From Macrostomum lignano (taxonomy: Eukaryota), in NCBI GenBank assembly GCA_002269645.1, contig NIVC01005101.1:1-26268 (forward strand): a stretch of DNA of 26,268 bases, given 5' to 3'. The number at the start of each line of letters is the position of its first letter. Position 1 is the stretch's first letter. This document shows positions 11,322-23,200 of this stretch, one piece after another. The notes below the pieces were generated by a model. It did not search any database. It was given only the letters and a program-made list of their open reading frames with translations, and was not told where the DNA came from. The position numbers and the translations under genes were made by a program.

Positions 11322-12970
11322 TTGTTCCTTTGGCCATGCTGCCTCATATCTAGCATTTCCGAGCCAAGCGTGTTTCTCGACCACCCAGGACAGCCAAAAA
11401 CGCCTTGGAATCGTTGGATCGAAGAATTCAAGATCTACTTGGAAGCCTTGGACCTAAAAGAAGCATCAGAAGCACGAAAGAAAGCGATTCTTGTTCATCT
11501 GCTTGTCTAGGAGGGCCAGCGAATCTTCGCGCTGAGGAATCTGCCCACGGCTCGGGTCGACACCTTCGACAAGCTGGTGGAAGAGCTGAAGACAATCTTC
11601 GGCCAGTCTCACAGCACCATCAACAACCGACCGCTACAGATTCAAGTCACGCGCCCAGATGCCTGGTGAGCCGATTAGCCAGTTCGTTGACACCCTTCGC
11701 GAACTCGAAGCAGATTGGAATACGGCGCTCTTCGAGACCAGATTATCAGGGATCAGATCATTGAGAAGACCCATTCGGCGCGCATCAGAGAGCGACTGCT
11801 CATGGAGAAGGTGCTTGAGCTGGAGACAGCCTCAGCCCTAGCGATTCAGGTCAAATCCGCCATTAACGACGCCAAGAAGCCGCGCGACGGCAAGAGCGAC
11901 AAGGAGCATGAGTCTCGGATCCAGAAGGTCAGCCAGCGCCCGCCACGCAAGGGACCCAAGCACGCGACGCCGCAGAAATCCAGCTCGGACGAGCGATGCG
12001 TCAATCGCGGAAGAGCTGGGCACGCCGCCCACGCCCCCGAGTGTCCAGCGAAAGACAATACCTGCCTGCACTGCCACTGGGTCGGTCATTTCAAGTCCTG
12101 TTGCCGACAGCGACGCAAGGTTCGCACCGTCAAGGACGACGACGACGATGGGCCATTCGAGGTGTCTGCGGTTCAGTGCGCAGCATCACTTCTAAACTTC
12201 GTGGACTGCAGCATCGCCGTCATCGACGTAAAGCTCCTGTTGGACACTGGCTCAAGGTTCAACATCATCAACGAAAAGACCATGAAGCGCCTGCCGAAGC
12301 AACCCGTCATTCCGCCGACTCACAAAAAAGCTTGCCGACTCGTCGTGTACCAGGGCAAGGCTGGAGTCTGCCGATTCTTTATCACGCGGCGAGGTGCCAA
12401 CATCCTTGGTATCGGCGGCATGGACAAGCTCGGATTCTCGATCCGGGTCAAAAAGATCAGCAGCGTTGAGGACATCGCCGAGGAGTTCCCAGGCATCTTG
12501 GCAGGGCCAAGAAGTTCTGCCATAGACCGCAACTGCGCCAGGATGCGACGCCGACGGTCGAGCCGCTGCGCCGGGTGCCGCTGGCGCTGTAGGACCGCGT
12601 GAAGGACGAATTGAACAAGATGGAAGCTGCAGGCGTCATTGCGAAGATCGACACGTCTCCCTGGGTGTCGAAGTTGGTCGTCTCCAAGAAGAAAAACGGC
12701 GACCTGCGACTCTGCGTCGACCTGCGAAACTGCAACCAGCCATCAAGCCGGACAAGTTCCCCGTGCCAACGCAGGAGGAGCTGACCGCCGAGTTTGCGGG
12801 CGCCCAGATGTTCGCCAAGTTGGACCTGAAGCAAAGCTACCTGCATATTCCGTTGCACCCCGGCAGCAGGCAGCTGACTGCCTTCATCACTCACTGCGGT
12901 CTCTACCAGTTCACGAGAGTCCCATTCGGTTCGTCCAGTTCCGGCGCCCGTTTCCAGAAGATCCTGCCAA
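11322..12970 (+). mobile_element. Degenerate Ty3/gypsy LTR retrotransposon fragment (gag, Zn knuckles, aspartic protease, N-terminal RT)
   Basis: Gag-like FLDHPGQPKTPWNRW and RKKAILVHLL*EGQRIF, PGEPISQF, IRDQIIEKT..RIRERLL. CCHC-like H..ECPAKDNTC..C..VGHF..CC. Protease LLDTGS. RT signatures VKDELNKM..GVI, SPW..LVV..KKNGDLRLCVDLR, FAKLDL.QSY, TAFIT..GLYQF.RVPFG. Several stops and frameshifts; similarity ends near 12970, before YxDD. Confidence 0.93.
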
Positions 12971-14281
12971 CCTTGTTTCTTTGGCTAACGCTGCCTCATA
13001 CCTAAAACTTATATTTCATTTACTTTGTCTTACATTCTCGGCTCTTACATCGCTAATTTACACTCACCATCGGCAAGTCACTCCGTACTGGCCAATAGGA
13101 AATACAGAGGTGAAGAGGTGAAACAGCGAACAGCATGTATGACGATCTTTTGAGACAGCGCTCGAGCGGCAGCATGGTGAAAATTCTTAAAAATGATGCA
13201 GAAGAACGCTAAGCAGAACTTTTCTCGTGTTTAAAAGTTGCGTTTCAAGGATGCAGCTTCCAGGGACAACAAGGAACTTATTTTTCGGAGCTATCCCTAA
13301 GACTAAGGGATTCACTAATAAACTAATTTATCCAATTGGTATGTCTACGGCATAAATACTTGGTATATTAACGGCTGCCTAAGCACTTTCCAGCCGTAGC
13401 TTTGACTGATCAGATTCCTTGAAGGCCGACCAAATAAGCCAATTTGAATTCCCTCCCTTATTACGAAGTAAAACCAGTGACTTTTGAGTATACGCTCATG
13501 CGACTGCGATTCCAAGTCAAAAAGAACATATTAATCATTCGGTATTGTCTCAAAAAATGAACTTGAGAAAATTATGCAGATTGGAAACTTTTGAATTGGA
13601 CTTAAATAACGAATAATAGGAAGCAATCTGATGCGTTTGGAAGATGAGCTACCAAAAAAGAAACCATTGTTTCTAGACTTGACCCAGCAAGTTAGCAACT
13701 CTTCCCCAAGCCTTTCATTTTTAACTGCAGGTTTTTGTCTGCACCAACAGATGGGCGATTGATGAATTTCTCATCTGAATATCCCCTGTCAAGTTGTTTT
13801 GCTGACGTGGAAGTAAATGATTGATAGTTTGAATTGGTTCGGCTGTAAGCGCATCTGGATTGCTTTTTTCACCTCTTCAGTGAGCAAACAATCTCGAATA
13901 GATATAGGAGAAATTGCTTCCTGCTCTATTTGTAACAGCTGAAGTTTTTTGTGCAGAAAATTGTACAATTAGACGAGGGACAACATAAAAAATTGGCAAA
14001 GCAGATTGCTCTTGAACGGGGAAGCGTTTAAGGTCATAAAAACTAGATCCAAATTGTTGAAAAAATCGAGAAAATATATCTCTTGAGATGGATGACCTTC
14101 GAATGCATACGCTGAAGTTACGAAAAGCTGCCGTTGAGTGCCTGTCACCTGATGGATTGGTTTGCCTTTTTTACAGGCCAATTTTGCATTTATTTGGACG
14201 AAAATTTGTTTGGAAAGGAATCAAAATCTCTCTAATTCTCAAGTTCCGTTGAGACTCATTCAAACATTGGCTATTTTATCA

Positions 14282-17200
14282 ATGTATCTGCTTTGGAAGT
14301 ATCCTCAAAAGCCGTTAATTCTTCTTCTGCTGCTGCTGATATCCTGCTCAACATTGAGCGGTAAAGAAATATCGCCTCCAGTAGGTAAGCTACGAGCGTG
14401 CTGTAGCCTTGGTTTCTATGGGAAATTATTTAATATTTATCTCACACTGCGAACAGCGGCCTGTTTAATGATCACATGAGCAGGGGCTCATAAAATCATT
14501 ACAACGTACATGAAAGCTTAGGCTTATGGCAAGACAGAGCGAAAAGAACGGGAGAGAATAGTGTGCAACCTTCCCGATGCCCGTACGAGTACAGAATATC
14601 AGTTAGTTAGTTAATCTAGAGTTCAGCAACCAGATACCAAAATTTCTACTATTAAAAGCTCACTCTGCATTAACAACCAGAAAATTATTATCAAAATAAT
14701 TATATTTTTCCGGTTCCAAGGCTAAAACACACATGTGACAATTCTACAAATATTCGGTGTCCTATTCATTGAACAATTAAAAGGACTCTGAACTACATGT
14801 ATAAAGCAAGATCATGGCGGAGAAAGGCATGAATTCTTATCAGTAAAATAGGGGAATTACTCGTACTTTTCTCTATACATGGTACCTTAGTTCGACAATT
14901 TCTATCGGCTATGGTGAAGAGGTCCACCTTAGGCCTTTTGTGGACACCATGCATGGTAGGTATTAGCACAAGTGTTTATTGGGAGCAATCCATTCTTTGA
15001 ATGAAAGACGAACTACTTTGCAAGCTTGGCATGTCGCTTGATATCGTCTTCCTGGTCTCTCTCACAAGTTCAAAACTTTATAAGCAGAAAATATCAACCA
15101 CCTTTTGAAGCTTAAAATTTAGCAGGGTTTGAGATTCAACTTGAAAATTTATGACTTTAAAAAGCCTTACCTAGTTATTTCAGCCTGTTAAAAACCTAAA
15201 AAAGTGGACGATAACACGATGAATGGACGAAATCAAATGGACGATTTAAAATTTTTCCATGAACTGCTTCTGATTGTCTCAGAATGCGTGTTCGAAAAGA
15301 ATAATTAATCGGCCTAGAAACAGTTGTCTTTCTTGACAATGGTCTCAATCGATGAGCATAGACTCGGACAGCACTCATACAAATTTATATTTAACTTTCA
15401 TTGTGCAACCTTTTCGACCAGCAGTTTCGCATTAATCTACGCTACTCAATATTGGTACATGTATAATACGATATTTTTATGCCCACTTATTTTATTTCAT
15501 TAAAAGCAGGGTGCACTTTCAGCGACATTGTCACACAGTCGATGAGAGGCATTAATTCCAATACGTACGGCGTTATACGCACAGGCACACACTCACACAG
15601 GAGTGTACATCGGCTAACTTCATTTCTCATTAGGCATATACGATTCACTGTGCCTCGGGAGTTGGGCCTCAAGGGCATTAACTGCCCCGTTGAAAACGAG
15701 GGTTAATCTTGAAAGTAAATTAACAAAAGGTAACTTCTGGTTAGTTAATTTACCACAGTTTAACTTTCGAAAAAGTGGATTTACGTTAATTAACCACAAA
15801 CACTTTGTACGTTAATTTCGGTTAACAAACTCATAAATTAACGTAACTTACCCTCCATAGAGTAAAGTAACGTCAAGTAACGTTTATTCACCTAAATTCA
15901 CACGTTAGTCAACCTTCAAGCTATTAGTTAACTAACCCCACAATATTAGCCCTCGTTGTCAACGGGGCACAACCATAACCAAGCCGAGATTCCAATTCAG
16001 CCCTAAATTAATGTGATTGCACTTGGAATCGAGCCTGGGCCGCTGGTACATCAGAGCTCTTATCGATCCCGAACTGTGGGGTGGGAAGGTCCAAGTTTTA
16101 TTCCGCTATCGATTTTCAAGGCGGCTTCGTTTCGATACATGCCTTCCTTCCTTGGGCATTAAATGCACTCCAAATCGATTCGGAAAACTTCAGGAAGCAT
16201 CCAGCTCGAGAGACTCGAAAAAACTGCCACCGGACTCGGTCGCAACGTCCCATCTGGAGCGTTGCTATGGCAACCAGTGTCCGCGTCCGACGACCTGCTG
16301 CAACTTCCTATGGGAAGCTCGTCACCCGCCAGATTGTCGCCAACCTCCGACGTCACTCTGCGCTTCTTCCTGCCGATCCGCTTCAACTTGACCGGCCTGC
16401 TGTTGCGCGGATTCCCCGACGTCGGGGCGGCGCCAACCGGATTCTCCGCCGCCGCTTTTCCCGGAAACAGCCTGATTAGCGACGCACCGAAAGTTTCGGT
16501 AAAACTGAACGCGTAGAGCTACTTACAGCAACTTTTTTTAACATGAATTATCTAGCTCGTACATTTACAGTAAATAAGACTAAGGAACCTAATATTTTCC
16601 CCTGATTTTGCACTCAACTGAGTATCATTCAAAAGAATTTTGACGCCTAAATTGTTTTTTTTGGAAAAAATATCGACGTTAACCTTCCTAATAGCTGAAC
16701 TTCGCTTCTACAGACTACAGATCTACGTTCACTGATAATTTTTACTTATTAATGATCATATTCACTCATAGATGGCCAAAATTTAACTCAAAGAGTTAGA
16801 ACTCGCAAAGATCCAATTACAGTCTTTGTGAGCTTCTGTGTTTTAAGTGCACCTGAGGTACTCCAGAGTAGCAAAAAGTGTTAGAACCGACTGTCTCTCA
16901 ATGAACTTGCTTTTCCAAGAGTAATTTATTATTAAAGAATAACCGACAGTCTCTTTGGCTTACACTTACAACTCAACCGATTTGCATGACACAAAAGCCA
17001 GTCAGCGTTTCTTCGTCACTTAAAATGACTTCACCACAATAAAAAAATTCAGACGACTTACCTGCCGATCTACTCTAGCGAAGGCTTCGCTCCAGTTCGG
17101 TTTTCAGCTGCTCAAAGAGCTCAGCTGCTGCAAGTGAAGTTTGGTACATCGAGCGGCACACGTCGGATGCAGATGGATCTCATGGGCCACCCTGATCCAA

Positions 17201-20200
17201 CAGGTGCGACTTTTACTTTGAGATTGAGACACTCACTTGAGGGCTGATTGCTCAAAAATCTTGAGTTGGATTTTCTCTCCAGCCGCGTCAATTTTTGGTT
17301 CGCTCTCTCAAAAAGTGGTCTGGGGCTTTTCGTGCTTTTAGTTTACACCTTCGATGGTAGAAGGTTGCCTAACAAGTGAGGGGCCAGATCTCTTACACAG
17401 TTTCTTTGCATTGATAAGTACTTTTAGGCGGACCACTAGTCAAGATCAAAACGTTAGGATCCATCCGTCTACCGGTATTGACCTTGCTTTGCGGCTGTAC
17501 CTAAACGCTTTTTAGAAAATGACTACCTATCCAACCAAATATCCAACTCCAGCTTGTGGCGTCATTCCAAGCGAAAAATACTCGGCCAGCTTGCTACGAC
17601 ATACCAGCAACAGCGTGCTTGCCATAAGTTTCGATCGCAACTCTACCTACCACGTGACATCATTCGCGCTCGCGGGTCTCAACGCCGATTCGAGTTTTTG
17701 GCTGTCTTTCGCTGATACAGCTGGTAGATTCAAGAACCTCAGCATCCTGCAGCACAGTGGGAACAGTAATATCTCTGGCCTGGACCCATTCTTGGTAAAC
17801 CAGTACTCGATTTACAATGAATCAACGTTTTGGCATGTACACGTAAAATTTCCTTACCAAAATCCGAGAACTTCAATTCCAACACACAGTTCGTGAAGAC
17901 ATTCAACCAGGAGACTTTCGTCATGCCTCTTCTGCTCCCAGTTCGTCAGCTACGAATCCACTTGAGTACTGAGACTCTTGTGACTACCGTTGACCAGATC
18001 AGGGGTTGCGAGCTGACAGGTAGATTCTAAACTCTCTCACGTGTCCAATAAGCAGCGACCTGTCAATCTGTCAAGTCAATTACTTTCTTTTAGACTGCCC
18101 GGTAGGTTGGATCGAGCACCTGAACTCCTGCATCTCCATTCAGCACGCTCGCTACACCTGGGATCAGGCCAGGGACTTCTGCAGCCTTATTAGTTGGAAC
18201 GGAATCAATGCCAGCCTCTTTGCTGCTAAATCGGCCTTTGACAGGAACATTGTGCAACTCGGGTGAGATCATTGGTACCTTTAATAGTACTATTAAAGCT
18301 GAGAATTAAAGGGGATTTCAGTATACAGGATAACTAAGCAGTTGAAATCATTCATTTAAAATTCAATTTCATAAATCACTGGCAAGCTGGTGAATATCTG
18401 TCTATCTGTACTACATAGTAGTCTGTGTGAAATGCGGTTAGTTTTGTCAGCTTGTGCTCCGCAACATTCCGGACCAGACTTATAAAAAGCAGCTTTGGTA
18501 TCTTGCAAATGGTAGATTCACCACTTACCATCTGGTGCGTGGGTTCGATCCCTCATCAATATCGAAAATCCTCGCCAGTAGGTTTTGTGCGATTTATGCT
18601 TATATACTCATCAACAGTCAAAAGTTTCATCCTCCAAACGAGATGAATTTTTTTCACTTATTGCGAGTGACGCAACTTACGGCACGCGCGAAGCTTATTG
18701 CCACTTGGGAGTGGCATAGCTCGTAATGGTCCAAGATGACAACGCGCCGTGACACCGAGCCGATGCTGTTAGTCAACTGAAAGAACAGCTACAGCTGCGC
18801 ACTATGCGCTGGCCTTCCCGGTCCCCAGACATGAATCCCATCTAGCATGTCTGGGACTTCCTAGAACGCTGCGCTCGAAAAGAAAATTCACCACACAATG
18901 TTGCAGAGCTGTATCATGCCCAAGGACCACTAGAAGGAACTTCTAGAAGTTACACTAGTTAAGTTACACTAGTGAAGTTACACTTGAAAACGCTGGGCAG
19001 CAGCTTCCTCAGGACTTTCTGCGCCGCCTCATCTTGAGGATGCACCGCAGAGTCGCCGCACTTTTGCGTGCGTGGAGATCCCACACGCGTTATTAAGCAT
19101 CGCAATTCTAACTGAATATTTCATAAAAACTGTTATAATTTTGTGCGAAATACGTTTATTGATTTAATCAACTTTCCCTTCCTCGCGGTGTCTTAGCTGC
19201 CTAACTGGAGGGTTGAATTGTGAGTGAAAAGTTGTCGCAATACTCTCGCTTGGAAAAATTTTCATCTCGCTTGGTGGGTGGAACTTTTGACTGTTGCTGA
19301 GTATAAGTGCTCAGCGGTCTTACCGGGTGGTCATTGTTGGCTGCAGACTCCCTGCAGCACCCTGCGAGCTAACCACACGTAGTTGATACTCCGCAGTTCC
19401 TTCCCAGCTTCGGACGACCAGCAGCTATTTGTTGGGTCAGTCAGAGACCCGACTACTCAGCAGTGGCAGTGGTCTGACGGTTCCCCCATGGAGCCGGGCG
19501 CGTTCTTCATGGGCCGCCCCTCCAAGCGGTGCGCGGCTCTGAGCGTCAGGTTTGCTGCTCTCGTTGAGGTCAGCTGCTCCATCAAGCTGGAGTTCGTGTG
19601 CCAGCTGCCAAAGTACATTTCGCCGTACCGGACTAAGCAAAAGGTGCTGGTCACCGCGCCAGCAGCTGCTCAGTCAGCGACCGAGAAGATGGCCAGTCTG
19701 GGTACCGGACTCGCTGCTCTTGATGAGGCAGCCAAGCTCCTCTTCATCGACTCATTTGTAGCATCAGCTGCTGCAATCGAGCTGAATACTGGGCTGACCG
19801 TGACGGCAGTGGCTGGAGCTGAGAATGCAGCGTCTGTCACTGCGAACTCGGTGCACTACAGAGTTGCCGAAAGTTCACCGAGGTGAGAACATCTCAGACT
19901 GGCTTAATTTGTGTAAGCAAGTTCCAAAGTTGCTAAGAGACACATTTTCGATCGTGCTCCTCCTCAGGCTGCTCGGAGCCTCTACTCCCTTTAGCCGCCA
20001 TCGACTCAACTGGCGAGCTGCCGTTGCGCCCAGCGAATCGAGCATTTCTAGGAGCCGCTCAGGCCTACGAAGGTAGCGAATGAACCCATTAAACCAATAC
20101 CTCTGAAAAAAACTAAACCTTACAAAATCTGTGCAAATTTTCAGACCACACGAAATGCCAGATGGGCTACCGGGACTTTAACTACTATGATTACGGCTGG

Positions 20201-23200
20201 TCGATGAGTCAGCTGGATGGAGGCCCGTGCACCCCGTGGCCTCCTGGCGAGCTAGCGGGCTTCGACAGGTCCTGCGTGTCCACGGCTGTATCTCAGATTA
20301 AATGCTCCAATTTCACTTCTCAGGTGTCCTGCCTGAGCTCCGATATTTTGTGTGGTAAGCTCTTGCGTTTCTTTATTTCCGAGCCGAGTATCACAGCAGC
20401 TCATATTAATTTTGACTTTGAAATTAACCAACCCTTAATATAGCGGACTTTCACCAGCCAATCGATGACTTCAATCCTGATAGCGTTGGTCACATCGGCT
20501 TTGACAAGGACTACTATTTGAATGAGGTTTCAATCCAGGCGACTCAATCGGAGGAAGAGACAACGCTGGAAGGCGAGGCAGAAATAGCTGAGAATGGTGA
20601 CTACTGGAGACGGGTGGTCGATCTAAAAACTGACCACGAGATCATCGGATTTAGAGCTTTTGCTGGTGAGAGAAGATGTCGTGCTTTGAGCTAATAAATC
20701 AGTCGATGAATTGATTTTTTTATCTGCTAAATGAAGAAAAATTCTAGCCCCTGAATGGTTCCCCAGGATTCCCGCCCCTTGATATTCTTTGCTTTGCTAA
20801 ACTTTATTCTCAAACAAGAATAAAGTTGCCAAACTGCCTCTGATCAAGTCTTGACAGTTTGCCAGCCTCAACTGCTAGGTACCCTCACTAAGTCTCTCAA
20901 GCATTCAGTAGTCATCCAGACGCCATCAGCTCCTTCAACAGATGGCACCAGTCGACTATGAACACTCTATCGCAAATTTCTCTGATGTCGCTGACCAAGC
21001 TTCAAAAGCGGGCAAACTTCCAACTTCCATAGCGGAGAAACTTATATGATATATAAATAAACATAAACAAATTTCTCATGCATCGATTCATTAAACAAGG
21101 AAAAAGTCGCCACACATCCAGACCGCCAAGATATTCAACTATTCTTTAAGAAAGCTTGACTTTTCCATAAGCGCTAATGTATTAAGAACAGTACATTCAG
21201 TACACCCATGTGCGCATATTAGCGCTGTCGTTCATTATGGCCTTGCCAAATCTTGGCAGATTTTAACAGTTCGTCGACCACATGTGTCCGCATTATCCTT
21301 AACTTCGGTAGTCTCTGGCTTTGATTTAGGCTATGCTTCCGGACTTTCAACAGGTGGCAACATTATAGTTGCTTGCTGACACTCAGTTGCACAAATATCA
21401 CATTTTACTGAATGGAGCCCTAGTTTCATAGTTTACCTGGATAATTGCACCTTAAAACTTCCGCAAAGCATGCAAACCCATAATTGTACCACGGCAGGGA
21501 TCAGCTACATCGGCTGTTTCCAAGACTCCGGAGCTCGCGACCTCCCCCTGTGGCGGCTGACCTCCGGCACAACCGTCAGCGTGTGCGCTCGGGTGTGCTC
21601 AAGATATCTGTACTTTGGCACGCAGTGGTATGCTCACTGCTTCTGCGGAAACTCCTATGGTCGGCACGGCCGGGTGGCCGAGTCTCGGTGCAACAACCGG
21701 TGCAGGGCGAATCCAGCCGACATGTGCGGCTCCTGGTTCAAGAGCAACATCTTCACCACTGGCCGTTCTAGTGCGTGCATGTGAAAGAAGGAGGATCAAA
21801 ACATGTCTTGTTTAATCGACACAAATTTATCTCATTTATTGTTAAACTGCCGCATTCGGAATCAACATTGACTTCTACTAAAGTTAAAGAAAGTTTAATC
21901 AGCCATTTTCAGAAAGTGTAAAACATCATTGACCCTATTCACCTAAGCAAGAGTTTAAAAAACACCCATTTGCCGCTCCTGACTCTCTAGTGTCTCAGAA
22001 GCCTAGCGTGTTTAATATTTTATTAGAAACTAAAATCTTTGTGTAATCAACTCTTACGATCCACTGACATGACAATAATTCTTCAGTGAAACCTTGGAGC
22101 GCCAACAATCTGACTGTGAAGGTTGGCAGCAGCTGGGATCCAACCCTGAAAGACGACGCTTTCAAGAACTGGACAGAATGCGCCACGTTCAGCTACCCGG
22201 AGTCGAGCTCCGACTCGCCACTTCAGCTGCTGTGCCGCGGTCGACCAGTTGGGAGATTCGTGGCTTTCCTGCAGGGCGTCTCGGCCGGTAGGCACGGCTG
22301 GAAACAGCTCAGGCTGATGGGAAACGAAGGTAGGTGGCGATGCTGGCCATTATTTCTACAAGTTGGCTAGGAATGCAGCTAGCAGAGTACAGTGCTGACA
22401 CTGTTAGGAGTGACTCTCAGTGGCTGCAGTGAGGGTTAGACGCTGTTGGCGAGTATGATAGCAGCATGTGTTAATGACAATATAGAAAATCAATCTATAA
22501 ATAACCTTGAATTGGGTCATCGATTTGCAACCGTCGATGTACAAGATTTTATTGGCTTTCGGTGCTAACAAGAATTTAGACACTTCAGTATATTTTCGAG
22601 TAAATATGTTCATTAAACTTGTTTTCGCATTTGAAAATTTACAATACTTCAAAATAGTAAGGCTGCACGATCGCCAGCCACTGCCACGGTTTCTAAAGCG
22701 ATTTCCCGAGCCGCTGACGCGCAGAGCTCGGCTGGATGGCAGGATAGATTTCCAGGCAAGACTCGGGACAGGTTCGCTCTGGGTGTACCTGACGGCCCAT
22801 TATGAGCAGAGCGACATTCTACTCAATGTAAGCCTCATACTGCAGTTATTATATACTAAAGTTTAAATACACGGATCTGATTCTGTCCTGTTTTGTCATT
22901 CCAGGACAGATATGAGCTGCTGCTATCAGCCAACCGGTCTCACCTGTCCCTAACATGGCACTCTGTGCGCTCTGGCCGAGTCACTGTGACGCCAGACTTA
23001 CTCGGCCCCCCATTATTAACTGAGTTGAGCAGCGAGACAATCAGCTGCTCGACAGATGGGTTCCAGCCAGTCAGCATCGCATGGACCAATTCTTCATCGG
23101 AGCCCGTACAGATCTCCGTGTCCGTGTGCGGGCGTTCGCTTGCGGTCGTGAAGGACTCGGTAGTCCGGGCATGGAAAATATCCCAGGCTGCCTACTCATG

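Larger units (their letters stand above)
18094..19610 (+). other. C-type lectin-like domain 1, split by a phase-2 intron (exons 18094-18262 and 19397-)
   Basis: CPVGWIEHLNSC...TWDQARDFC...LFVG...WQWSDGSP...CAAL...VEVSC..LEFVCQ. Confidence 0.85.

Noticed and set aside
15479-15706. ORFs 15479-15706, 15487-15678, 23837-24091 and 6123-6326
   Set aside because: They lie within the SINE copies and are non-coding by-products.
17282-17396. Possible extra lectin exon (good acceptor at 17281, GTGAG donor nearby)
   Set aside because: It contains an in-frame TAG and does not resolve the phase conflict; removing one A at 17516-19 does.
19700-19886. Ala-rich C-terminus of track ORF 19383-19886 taken as the true frame with a stop at 19886
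   Set aside because: The GT at 19883 is a good donor, and downstream exon phases plus an ...HRGCSEP junction favour a +1 shift near 19805.
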